A stretch of 64,000 nucleotides of DNA from an uncultured Clostridia bacterium (GCA_944391745.1 CALXUS010000001.1:81425-145424), one strand, 5' to 3'; shown: positions 53,796 to 63,306, counted from the stretch's first letter. Notes: generated by a model not told the origin, from the sequence alone. Numbers and translations are program-made.

Positions 53796-54359
53796 TTATC
53801 CATTTTCAAACAATATTGTTTCATTTTGTAGTATAGCATTAACGTAAGTTTCGTCATCAATTGGGGTAAAATTTATTGATGATATCATCTTTGTATCGTC
53901 ATTATATACTATATCTGTATCTTTAAATGTTCTTTTTACTGTGACAGTACCTGTAGAGCTATCACCATTAATATGACTAATTTCTACATTACATTGATAA
54001 TATGTAGAATTTCTATTATCTGTTAAATAATCATTTATATCAAAAGAATCACCTAATACTGATGAGTTATTAATTTTTACATCTACATAGTATTGATCTC
54101 CAGGTTCAGCTTCGTAGTCCGCATTATGTCTTTTAGAATAATTAATAATTGATACTACTTCTTGCATACTTATATTAGCTCTTCCTGAAAAATTTGTATA
54201 TCTAACATTAAAACTATCAATTTGGGTTTGGCTAATTTCATCATTAACATGCCTTGAATAATTTCCAAATAATACAATCATATAGCTAGCTAATGAAAGA
54301 ACTAAAATACCAATTAGTATTTCACCTGCTATAATTAAAGCTTTTGATGCATTCTCCAT
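53796..54359 (-). CDS. MENA-family pilin-like protein (187 aa)
   Basis: MENASKALIIAGEILIGILVLSLASY. Confidence 0.6.
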   Translation of the reverse strand: MENASKALIIAGEILIGILVLSLASYMIVLFGNYSRHVNDEISQTQIDSFNVRYTNFSGRANISMQEVVSIINYSKRHNADYEAEPGDQYYVDVKINNSSVLGDSFDINDYLTDNRNSTYYQCNVEISHINGDSSTGTVTVKRTFKDTDIVYNDDTKMISSINFTPIDDETYVNAILQNETILFENG

Positions 54360-54382
54360 TAGCTCACCTCATTTCTATAAAT

Positions 54383-54856
54383 TTAATCATTAACAACTTC
54401 TAATCTATGAAAGTGCATTGAAATAACTCTTGAATTTAATGCATCATATTGAACATCATCACATTCATAATATCTTTGTTTAAATTCATTTTTAGTATCA
54501 CTATCCCAAGTATCATAATCGGCTAAATAAGCATTAAGGTCCTCATTTGTAGCTGTTTCACTCGATAGTCCATCTACGGTTACTGATACTGGCTTATATC
54601 CTTCTTCGTCAGTGAATCTTGTGTTTGTATCTGTAACAAGATTTGATAATGATATTAGTTGATAACCTCTAACCGATCTTCTATTATATCCTTCAAACCT
54701 CTTATTGAATTCAAGAACTTCTTGTTGTCTTTCAGTATCGGCTTCAGCTCTTTGGTAATTTCTAATTTGTGTGTAGCCGAAAGTTAGTAGACCAACAATC
54801 ATCATTGCTATAAGTATTCCACCTGCAATAATTAAAGCTTTACTTGCATTTTCCAT
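54383..54856 (-). CDS. MENA-family pilin-like protein (157 aa)
   Basis: MENASKALIIAGGILIAMMIVGLLTF. Confidence 0.6.
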   Translation of the reverse strand: MENASKALIIAGGILIAMMIVGLLTFGYTQIRNYQRAEADTERQQEVLEFNKRFEGYNRRSVRGYQLISLSNLVTDTNTRFTDEEGYKPVSVTVDGLSSETATNEDLNAYLADYDTWDSDTKNEFKQRYYECDDVQYDALNSRVISMHFHRLEVVND

Positions 54857-54876
54857 TCTTTTACCTCTATTAATTA

Positions 54877-56955
54877 TTATGTCATTGCAGACATTGAGTC
54901 AAATGATGAAGTCATACTTGTTAGACCAATTACAACTAATGGAGCAACTAAGTAAGCAACAAATAGGCCAACAAGTGGTGTAAATCCAATCGCTCTACCT
55001 ATCATTCCTCTCTTAGAAATTAATCTATCATTTGCCTCTTTTCTCTTATCTTGATAATACTCTCTATCTGATTCTAGTTCGTCGAAAGCCTCTCTAATAG
55101 GAACTTTTTCAACGGCTGTTTGTAAACTTTCTACTATTCTAATTAGTGGTTGGAATGAAATTTCTTCTTTCATATCTTCTAATGATTCCCAAGCACCACT
55201 TTCGTAGTTATTTAAACATTTACTAATTGGCTCTTTGAAAATATCTGCATATCTCTCCATCCATTCAAGTATCATTTCAACATCAACTCTTTCAAGTCTC
55301 ATAAGCATTAATATAATTGTTTGATATTGCATTACTTCATCTTCCATTGACATTTTTCTAATAATAACTTGGAATTTTAACATAAGAATTGGTGCTGCAT
55401 ATCCAATTATCGCAAATACCATAGCCATTAATATTTCAAACCACTTTAGGTATTCAGAGTTAACAGTTTGCAATTTATCTAATATTTTTGCTGCATTAGT
55501 AGAAATTGTATTTGCATCTGCATCCTCATAATATTTAGAATCTCTCATTGCATCTTCTATATCTTCTTGGGTAGTATCTAACTTACCTCTAAACATATCT
55601 AGGAAATAGTTATGTATTTGAGTAGTTTCCATTGCTTTTTTGTAATCTTTACCATCCAGTTCACCAATTAAGTCATAATCTGTTGTGGGTTCAGTATAAA
55701 TATAGTTAATCTGAACATTGTGAAGCATAATAAATATAAATATTGATGCAACAAATACAACTACTGTTAGACACAATCTATTAATATACAGCCATTCAAT
55801 TTTCTGTTTTGAAGCAGCAGCTTTTAATGTTTCTTTAAGCTTTCTTCTTTCTTTTGTTCCATCTTTAGGAATAAATAAATCCACAAATTTCTTAACAGGC
55901 TTAATTTTATATAATTTAGCTTGCCAAGGATTTTGATTATTTTCAAGTTTAATATTAACTGCTCCATTGTCTTTTAGTTTTCTAATTAATATATAGCATA
56001 TAAATGTAACAAGTAATATTAATATTTGTATAATCATACCTAATTTACCATTATAGAATGATTTAGTAAATGAGAAATTGCTTAGTGCCCAACTTTTAAA
56101 TGGCTCTAGTAAAACCATAGGTACTATTGCTATAAAAGATAAGCTTTGAAATGTATAATTAAGTTTATCCCTTTTTAATATTTCAAGCTGCATTTCCTGT
56201 GTAATATTATCTAGGTTTTTTAGATATAATGATGTTCCATCTACTTTTCTATCACCAAACTCTTGTGTAAGGTATGATATACCAGCAAATTCTTTTAAAT
56301 AATTATTTGGTGCTACATCATAATACTTTTCAAGTTCCACTTCTGGATCATCAGAATTTAAAATATTATATATTTTTTCAGCTTGTCTAGATATTTCAAC
56401 ATGTTCATCATCTTGAGCGGTTTGATATATTGCTTCTCCAACCATGTTTGTTTCATGATATGAGTGTCTCATTGCAGCGAAAAAGTCTACCTGTTGATTT
56501 AACAAATTATTATCTAGTTTATCCACCATTCCATCTACCAAAGAATCTACTATAAATAGTTCGAAAACTAATATAATAAACATTATAAGTGGATTACTTT
56601 TTGTCATAAATATAACAGCAAATGTAACAGGAATAATTATAATTAAAGCTTTTGTTATAATTTGAGCTGTTTGTAATCTTGTTAAAAATTCATCATCTAT
56701 ATTAATAATTTCTAGTCTTCTTCTTATTTTTAATAAATATCTTCTTAATGGAGGAAACTTTAAATATTTTACATATAGTTTTTGGTACATTACATCTTTA
56801 GAAAAATTGCTTTCTCTTGTACCTTTTCTTAATTGCTCGATTCTTACAACATCAGAGCTTTGCATTTTCTTTCTTAAAGCAAGATATGCAATTATTACTA
56901 TTGCAAATATGCCTAATACAACCCCCATCATGATAAAAATTGTATCATTAGACAT
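54877..56955 (-). CDS. Polytopic inner-membrane protein (692 aa); putative fused TadB/TadC (GspF-like) platform protein
   Basis: Multiple TM helices interspersed with two large cytoplasmic domains. Position immediately after the secretion ATPase. Confidence 0.45.
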   Translation of the reverse strand: MSNDTIFIMMGVVLGIFAIVIIAYLALRKKMQSSDVVRIEQLRKGTRESNFSKDVMYQKLYVKYLKFPPLRRYLLKIRRRLEIINIDDEFLTRLQTAQIITKALIIIIPVTFAVIFMTKSNPLIMFIILVFELFIVDSLVDGMVDKLDNNLLNQQVDFFAAMRHSYHETNMVGEAIYQTAQDDEHVEISRQAEKIYNILNSDDPEVELEKYYDVAPNNYLKEFAGISYLTQEFGDRKVDGTSLYLKNLDNITQEMQLEILKRDKLNYTFQSLSFIAIVPMVLLEPFKSWALSNFSFTKSFYNGKLGMIIQILILLVTFICYILIRKLKDNGAVNIKLENNQNPWQAKLYKIKPVKKFVDLFIPKDGTKERRKLKETLKAAASKQKIEWLYINRLCLTVVVFVASIFIFIMLHNVQINYIYTEPTTDYDLIGELDGKDYKKAMETTQIHNYFLDMFRGKLDTTQEDIEDAMRDSKYYEDADANTISTNAAKILDKLQTVNSEYLKWFEILMAMVFAIIGYAAPILMLKFQVIIRKMSMEDEVMQYQTIILMLMRLERVDVEMILEWMERYADIFKEPISKCLNNYESGAWESLEDMKEEISFQPLIRIVESLQTAVEKVPIREAFDELESDREYYQDKRKEANDRLISKRGMIGRAIGFTPLVGLFVAYLVAPLVVIGLTSMTSSFDSMSAMT

Positions 56956-56977
56956 TTAAAGCTCCCCTCCTTTTTTA

Positions 56978-58882
56978 TTAAATATCACGGTTTGCACTTA
57001 TTTTATCTCCCCATATTCTTTCAATAAATTTACAAAAATCTTTTGCATCATTATCATCCATATTAAGTAGCATTTCTTTTAAGTTTGTATCAGAAATTCT
57101 ATTTGTCATTACATATTTTCCGTCTTGGTATTCAAGAATATTTACATATTTATATAATTCTTTATTTGTTTGTTTTGTATAATATCTTGTTGTATTATCT
57201 GCAAATTTATCGAATTTTCCTTCTAACGTTTTTTCTTTTCTATGATCATAATTGTAATCATTAACATCTTCTACTGGAATACATTCTGTAATTCTTTCAA
57301 CATATCTTTTTCCTTTGAAATCTTTTGTTAAGTGAATATCAAAGTTTAAAACTTGTACAACCTGCTCTTCTGCAGTTTTTTCATTAGTGAAAACACCAGT
57401 TCTAAGCATTGAGTTACGAAGAGCTGTAACTAAGTTAGGGAATGTTTTAGCGTGGTGAGTAAATAATGTAAACTTAGAAGCAACCTGTGCTGCCTGAATC
57501 ATCCAAGATGCTACGGGGTCAGTTGCAACCTCACCAATGATATTTACAGAACCATCAGTCTTTTTCTGAACATCTAGACCTTGCTGTCCTGAAATTGTAT
57601 CTGTTTCCCTAAAAGTTAATATATTTCTTGTAGGGTATATTTTTCTTAAGTGAAGCTCGAAAGCTGTTTCCTGAACACGAATGTTCATTGTTTCATATAT
57701 GTTTTCTATCATACCCATAAGCATTGTTGTTTTACCACAACCCTGCTCACCAGTTATTGATATAATTCTTGCTCCTTTAACTAAATATTTTAATAGTTCT
57801 ATTGTATCAGCGCTTCCCTCTTCACCTTTAAACCATTGTTCTAGAGTTGAACGCTTAACATCGAATTTTCTTACGAAGAATGCCCATGTTTCTGAGAAAC
57901 TTGGTCTAACAACAACGACACGTGAACCATCTTTCATTTCATTAATCTTATAACCATTTGTATCTGAAAGTTGTCCTGGGTTATTGTATTTATATATGTT
58001 TTGGCATACTCTTTTTAATTCTGCTTCAGTTCCAAATGATAAGCAAGCAAGTCTAATTGATTTACCTTGGAAGAATATCCATATACTATCACAAGCTCTA
58101 GGTACTTTATGTTCCATAACTTGTGATAAATAACTTGAATCTGATTGTGCAACTTGGCTTAAGAAACTTTCTGGCATACCTGATACACCACCTGATACAC
58201 CATCTATGTTCATATCTCTTACTTCATCAATTGAGCTGTATCCTTTGTATTTTTGATAAATTCTTTGGACAATAACATTTAATTTATCATCAAAAGTTAG
58301 ATTGTAGTTTTCTTTTTCATATATTTCGTTTATTTCTTCTGGAGTTATAACATAAGAAGGTTTAGATTCTCCAGAAGTATATTTTAATCTAGCTAAATCA
58401 TACTTCTTAATAAGTTCTGTTAAAGCTTCATATCCATAGTCTTTTTTATACATATATATTAAAATATCAAATTTATCCTGTGCTGTAAGCAATGATGGTA
58501 CATCAAATGGAATTGCTTTAGAAATATTTGTTTCATCAACACCATATTCTTGTGATAATAAATCATATATTAATTCTTTAACATATTTCTTATCATTAAC
58601 ATCACCATAAGTACAACCTTTTAATGCTTTCTTTAATTCGTATTTTTTATTTTTTCTTCTTTTTAATTCTTCTTCTGAAAGTCCTAAGTCATAAAGGTTA
58701 ACTTTAGTGATTTCATCCATTCTTTTCTTAACAAAGTTCATCATCATATCTAAAGTGTAAGTTTTATCATCTACTACTACTTGTTCTTCTACTTTAGCAT
58801 TTTGATTTTTCTTTATCATTCTCATAACAAGCATTACCGCAATAACTACTACAGCAATAATTAAAATTACATTAAGAAACAT
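56978..58882 (-). CDS. TadA/CpaF-family (VirB11-like) secretion ATPase with a roughly 330-aa N-terminal extension
   Basis: Walker A GEQGCGKTT. Asp box. IIGEV ... FTHHAKT His-box-like region. Confidence 0.7.
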   Translation of the reverse strand: MFLNVILIIAVVVIAVMLVMRMIKKNQNAKVEEQVVVDDKTYTLDMMMNFVKKRMDEITKVNLYDLGLSEEELKRRKNKKYELKKALKGCTYGDVNDKKYVKELIYDLLSQEYGVDETNISKAIPFDVPSLLTAQDKFDILIYMYKKDYGYEALTELIKKYDLARLKYTSGESKPSYVITPEEINEIYEKENYNLTFDDKLNVIVQRIYQKYKGYSSIDEVRDMNIDGVSGGVSGMPESFLSQVAQSDSSYLSQVMEHKVPRACDSIWIFFQGKSIRLACLSFGTEAELKRVCQNIYKYNNPGQLSDTNGYKINEMKDGSRVVVVRPSFSETWAFFVRKFDVKRSTLEQWFKGEEGSADTIELLKYLVKGARIISITGEQGCGKTTMLMGMIENIYETMNIRVQETAFELHLRKIYPTRNILTFRETDTISGQQGLDVQKKTDGSVNIIGEVATDPVASWMIQAAQVASKFTLFTHHAKTFPNLVTALRNSMLRTGVFTNEKTAEEQVVQVLNFDIHLTKDFKGKRYVERITECIPVEDVNDYNYDHRKEKTLEGKFDKFADNTTRYYTKQTNKELYKYVNILEYQDGKYVMTNRISDTNLKEMLLNMDDNDAKDFCKFIERIWGDKISANRDI

Positions 58883-58897
58883 AATTTGCTCCTTTCT

Positions 58898-59737
58898 CTA
58901 TAATAAGCCATTCTTTTTTTCTTGCATTTTATATTCTAGTGAATTTGTCGTTTCCCTTAGTTGCTTAATAAAATAAGTGTCTTTATTGTCATATCCGTCT
59001 AATCTTTGAATTTTTAAAAAGTAATCTATTATTCTTCCATCTGAGCACTCATCTGAAAATAATATATTATATGGCACAACAAGTGGAATATTTTTTTCTT
59101 TTAAAAATCTTGCAACATTTTTATTAGTATATTTTGAATTAGGATTATATCTTCCCATCATTAATAGTACATTACTTTTTCTATAAAATTCATTATTGAG
59201 TTTAAGTTTCAAAAAGTTGTTAATTGAAGCCATATTTTGTGAAAAATTTACAACAACCAAATCTGAAACTCCTAATATTTTTTCTTTACTTTCTTTTGGA
59301 ACTTTTTTGCTTAAATCTATGAGAACTATATCATAAGTTTGATTAGCAACATCAGCAATTTGTGAAAAATAATTTGAAATATTTGCATATTCCTTATAAT
59401 CTACTGTTTTGGGTCCCTGTAAAATGTCTAATCTATCTTTTAATACTGGTTTTGTATAGCTTCTTATAACTTCTCCTGATGCTCTATTACTTGCAAAAGT
59501 TCTAACTAATCCTTCAAGTCCATTTGATACGTCCATGACATTAGCATTTGCAAATAATCCTCTTCTTCTATTGTTAGGATTCCAAAAACAGTTTTCCAAC
59601 GTTTTATCAATGAATTCAGTTGAAAACAATAAGATTTTATAGTTATGTTCAATAGCCATAGCTGTTGCTATGGCAGAAATCGAACATGTTTGAGCAGTTT
59701 CTTTTAAATCTTCACTTACAAATGTTATAACTGACAT
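58898..59737 (-). CDS. ParA/MinD-like protein with a degenerate P-loop (TadZ/CpaE-like)
   Basis: VITFVSEDLKETAQTCSISAIATAMAIEH ... YDIVLIDLS. Confidence 0.5.
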   Translation of the reverse strand: MSVITFVSEDLKETAQTCSISAIATAMAIEHNYKILLFSTEFIDKTLENCFWNPNNRRRGLFANANVMDVSNGLEGLVRTFASNRASGEVIRSYTKPVLKDRLDILQGPKTVDYKEYANISNYFSQIADVANQTYDIVLIDLSKKVPKESKEKILGVSDLVVVNFSQNMASINNFLKLKLNNEFYRKSNVLLMMGRYNPNSKYTNKNVARFLKEKNIPLVVPYNILFSDECSDGRIIDYFLKIQRLDGYDNKDTYFIKQLRETTNSLEYKMQEKKNGLL

Positions 59738-59751
59738 TTTTTATCCTTTCA

Positions 59752-60432
59752 TTATTTTCTTCTAATAATTTTTCTAATTTCAGATTGTTCTATTATTCCT
59801 TCCATCATTAAAGACATTAAATATTCTAAACATTCTTTATACAAATTTGTATATGGTCTAATATCTATTTGTTTTATTAATTGATTAGATAAATTTGCAT
59901 TTCTATCTCGATCAGAGTCTGGAAATTGTACTATATTGCTATTCCACTTTACTTGAAATGATTCTAATAAGTGATTTAAATATTCATCATGTTTGTTATT
60001 TAAATCCGATGATATTATTACTTTCGTTAGTTCTATAGGAGTTCTTAATACTCCTAATATTTCTAAACTTCTTTGCAATTCATATTCGTCATAAGAAGTA
60101 CTGTAAAAAATCTTCCTTGAGTTTGGTAAAGCAAATGATGTAAATGTTTGTGGATTGTCAGTATCGATTATAACAATATCATAATTTAATGTCTGCGTAC
60201 CTAGATATTGGCATATTTGTCCTAGATTCATGAAGCCTAGTGCAACATCCACTCCATCGTACTCACTAACATAAGTAGGAGTAGATGCTACTCTTGGTAC
60301 AATATATCTAAGTCTTTGCATTATAGTAGCATCAACTAGTAGAACACTTTTATTTAATTTAGATAATATCTTTGCTATATTTAATAGCAAATCTTTTTTA
60401 TCGTTTACTCCTACAAAACCTATTTGCTCCAC
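59752..60432 (-). CDS. Second ParA/MinD-like degenerate protein
   Basis: IGFVGVNDKKDLLLNIAKILSKLNKSVLLVDAT ... YDIVIIDTD. Confidence 0.5.
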   Translation of the reverse strand: MEQIGFVGVNDKKDLLLNIAKILSKLNKSVLLVDATIMQRLRYIVPRVASTPTYVSEYDGVDVALGFMNLGQICQYLGTQTLNYDIVIIDTDNPQTFTSFALPNSRKIFYSTSYDEYELQRSLEILGVLRTPIELTKVIISSDLNNKHDEYLNHLLESFQVKWNSNIVQFPDSDRDRNANLSNQLIKQIDIRPYTNLYKECLEYLMSLMMEGIIEQSEIRKIIRRK

Positions 60433-60464
60433 AATTAATTTCCTTTCTATATCTTTAGTTTAAA

Positions 60465-61550
60465 TTATTCTAATGAGTCTAAATATGTTTGTCTTGCAGC
60501 CTCAGCATCGCTTATTTCTTGCTGTACTCCTGAATTTGCTTTTGAATCTCTTTCTTCTTGTTGCATTTTGTTTAATTCAGCATTTATATTTTCTCTGTTT
60601 ATTCCTTGTGTTCCTAATCTATTGCTTAATTCTGAAATTTCTTCAGCTACTACATTAGGATCTCTATTTCCTATCAAATCTTGTACTTCTCCATTTGGTA
60701 CATAAGTAAGTGTTGCTTCTGTTTGAAGTCCTGGTTCAACATATCTTGTTATATATAATCTGCTTCCATCTATCATATATGATTCTACTATAGCATTACT
60801 CATAAGTAAAATTTCATCTTCTGTAAGATTCAAAGTAAATGTATTTACTGAAGGTATTCCTCCTTCATCTAATATTGTTATTCTTTTTTTAGAAACTACT
60901 ATGTAATCTGTACCATCTGGTAATCTTAATCTTACATCTATAACATCATCTGTTTCTATATCTGCAGGTAAAGATATCATATTATATTCTTGTTTTCTTG
61001 TTGAATCTGATGTTAATTCGAAACTTCTAGCTATTGAATCTGTAGTTAATACTGTATTTTTATTCATGTTAATTTTAGCCATAGCTGGTGTTCCTTCAAC
61101 TATAACAGTTCTGTTTACACCATCCCTTGTAGTAATAGTACCAGTTTGTGTATCTTCATTAAGTCCTTCTATTTGAAAGTTTTCTCCATCTATAGTAACA
61201 TAAGTTATTACATTTCCATTTGTATCTACTCCACTTTGTACTGGGTTTCCGTCTTGATCAGTTAGAAAATAATCTCCAACTTCAGAAACATAGTTGCTTG
61301 GAATAGTATCTGGGTCAATTTCGTCTTTTAAAGTTAGCATATCTGGTGTAATTAATTGTCCTGCTTTTACATCTTGATTAAGAGTATATACTTTTACCAA
61401 TCTTGCCACTCTTTCTTCTTCTGCTCTTCTCATTTGCATAATAAATATTACTAGAGCAATAATTGCTATTAATCCAAATGCTCCAGCTATTACTAAACCT
61501 TTTATAAATGAATTACGCGCTTTTCTTTCCAATGGATTTGTTGTTGCCAT
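60465..61550 (-). CDS. CpaB/RcpC-like Flp pilus assembly protein (N-terminal TM plus SAF domain)
   Basis: TM GLVIAGAFGLIAIIALVIFI. SAF-like YTLNQDVKAGQLITPDMLTLKDE. Confidence 0.6.
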   Translation of the reverse strand: MATTNPLERKARNSFIKGLVIAGAFGLIAIIALVIFIMQMRRAEEERVARLVKVYTLNQDVKAGQLITPDMLTLKDEIDPDTIPSNYVSEVGDYFLTDQDGNPVQSGVDTNGNVITYVTIDGENFQIEGLNEDTQTGTITTRDGVNRTVIVEGTPAMAKINMNKNTVLTTDSIARSFELTSDSTRKQEYNMISLPADIETDDVIDVRLRLPDGTDYIVVSKKRITILDEGGIPSVNTFTLNLTEDEILLMSNAIVESYMIDGSRLYITRYVEPGLQTEATLTYVPNGEVQDLIGNRDPNVVAEEISELSNRLGTQGINRENINAELNKMQQEERDSKANSGVQQEISDAEAARQTYLDSLE

Positions 61551-61668
61551 CGTTAATTCCTCCTTAATATCATAAAATCTTGATTATAATTTTATATCAT
61601 AGTTTTTTAAAAAACAATAAATATATTAATTATTACTTTTTTTTAATAATGTTGTAATATTTGTAATA

Positions 61669-62793
61669 TTAATTTGCTATTTTATATGGATTCTCCAGTG
61701 TTCCCATACCTTCTGAGAAATTAAATCTATCTAATATTACTACAGGTAAAATATTCATTGTACTACTTGAACTTTTGTCTGATGAATCATATAACTTGCT
61801 TCCATTAATTGTAATATCATCATTTACGCTTATATTATTTATCAAAAATTCTGCATTTTCGCTATTATTTATACTTCTTGTTGAAAGCCAATATTGTCCA
61901 TAAGGTATAATTTCTAAATAGTCTTCCTTGTAAGTAACTTTTCCAGAATAAAATGAATTACTTAATACTAATTTTCTTGTTTTTTCTATTCCATTATAAA
62001 ATTTACTTTGTTCATAATCATTATCTTCTTCTAAAATCACTAATGGATAACTAGCATTATCATATTCTTTTTTGGATTCGTATAAGTTCCCCTTTTGCTC
62101 TTCAATATTGCTCCCTAATTTTTCTATATCATTTAAATTAATGTTTCTCGCTTTTGTACCTAGACTTTTATTTGAGAAAATCTCATTACAAGCATCGTTT
62201 AAAACTTTTACTGCATTATTGTATCCATTAGCTCCTGTAAGCTTTAATGCACTTGTAGTTAAATTGGTTGGTGTAATTTTAACTACATTATTGTTATTCT
62301 CAACATCTATAACTCTCCATGTTATACCTCCATTATAAGGTATATTTATTTGAACTTCTGCAGAGTTTCCTATTACATTTGATTCTATTGTATAATTTCC
62401 ACCATCATAGGTATATTGAATGTAATCTCCTATTTTTACACCTACACTTTTTGCATTTAAATTCCAAAGTTCATTTATTTTCATACTATATCCACCTTGA
62501 GTTGTTACAAGTGCTGCTATTTCTTGATTATCTTTGTTTTCTATTGTTCCATATTTTTTTAATCTTTCAATAAGTTCATCATAATTATTCGGAGGATTCT
62601 CTGATAAGTCTAATTGTATTTCTTCTTTTAAAGAAAGTTTTTCGGTTTCTTCTTTTTTTCTATTAGCAATATCAACAATTTCTTCATTTTTTGAGTTTGA
62701 AGCTATTAAAATTCCTGTTATAATTGTAAGTATAACAACTGTAATTACTAAAATAATTAAAGTTACACCTTCATTTTTCTTAAAATCTATCAT
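61669..62793 (-). CDS. Prepilin-like N-terminal domain protein (374 aa) with a large C-terminal domain; Ile instead of Glu at +5
   Basis: MIDFKKNEG then VTLIILVITVVILTIITGILIAS. Confidence 0.55.
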   Translation of the reverse strand: MIDFKKNEGVTLIILVITVVILTIITGILIASNSKNEEIVDIANRKKEETEKLSLKEEIQLDLSENPPNNYDELIERLKKYGTIENKDNQEIAALVTTQGGYSMKINELWNLNAKSVGVKIGDYIQYTYDGGNYTIESNVIGNSAEVQINIPYNGGITWRVIDVENNNNVVKITPTNLTTSALKLTGANGYNNAVKVLNDACNEIFSNKSLGTKARNINLNDIEKLGSNIEEQKGNLYESKKEYDNASYPLVILEEDNDYEQSKFYNGIEKTRKLVLSNSFYSGKVTYKEDYLEIIPYGQYWLSTRSINNSENAEFLINNISVNDDITINGSKLYDSSDKSSSSTMNILPVVILDRFNFSEGMGTLENPYKIAN

Positions 62794-62808
62794 TTTTTCT
62801 CCTTTGCA

Positions 62809-63306
62809 CTAATTTTCACTATTTTCATTTGCTATTTTCTTTTCATTCTTTGCTTTTATAACTTCTTTTATTTTTAAAACTAACATAACTAATAATATTC
62901 CAAATATTACTCCAAGTGTATCAATTATTACATCATTTATACTAGGATGTCTGCCATTTGAAAATATTTGATGAATTTCATCAGTACTAGCATATATAAT
63001 TCCCCATAAAGTTATAATTATTATTCTTATCTTTTCTTTTATATTAAATGTTGTAATAAATGCATAAGAAAAAATTCCTAATGTTGTATATATGCCAAAA
63101 TGTGCTAATTTTCTAATTACTTGTTCTCCTATTCTAATAAATTCTTCCCTATTTTCTTCTATATTTAATATATCTGCAATTTTTATTGTTATAGTTTTAC
63201 TTAAGTTACCTGATTTTTCTCCGTTTTGGGCAGAAAATCCAAATATTATTAGTGAATTTAAAATAATTAATATTAAAAAGATTATTCTTATTATTTGCTT
63301 TTTCAT
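62809..63306 (-). CDS. VanZ-like family membrane protein; first gene of the locus
   Basis: RKLAHFGIYTTLG ... DEIHQIFSNGRHPSINDVIIDTLG. Confidence 0.65.
   Translation of the reverse strand: MKKQIIRIIFLILIILNSLIIFGFSAQNGEKSGNLSKTITIKIADILNIEENREEFIRIGEQVIRKLAHFGIYTTLGIFSYAFITTFNIKEKIRIIIITLWGIIYASTDEIHQIFSNGRHPSINDVIIDTLGVIFGILLVMLVLKIKEVIKAKNEKKIANENSEN

Noticed and set aside
62809-63306. Considered that the first gene of the filament operon might be the missing prepilin peptidase
   Set aside because: Its motifs (RKxxHFxxY...DExHQ...) match the VanZ-like family. It lacks the paired Asp motifs and polytopic 6-8-TM layout of A24 prepilin peptidases.
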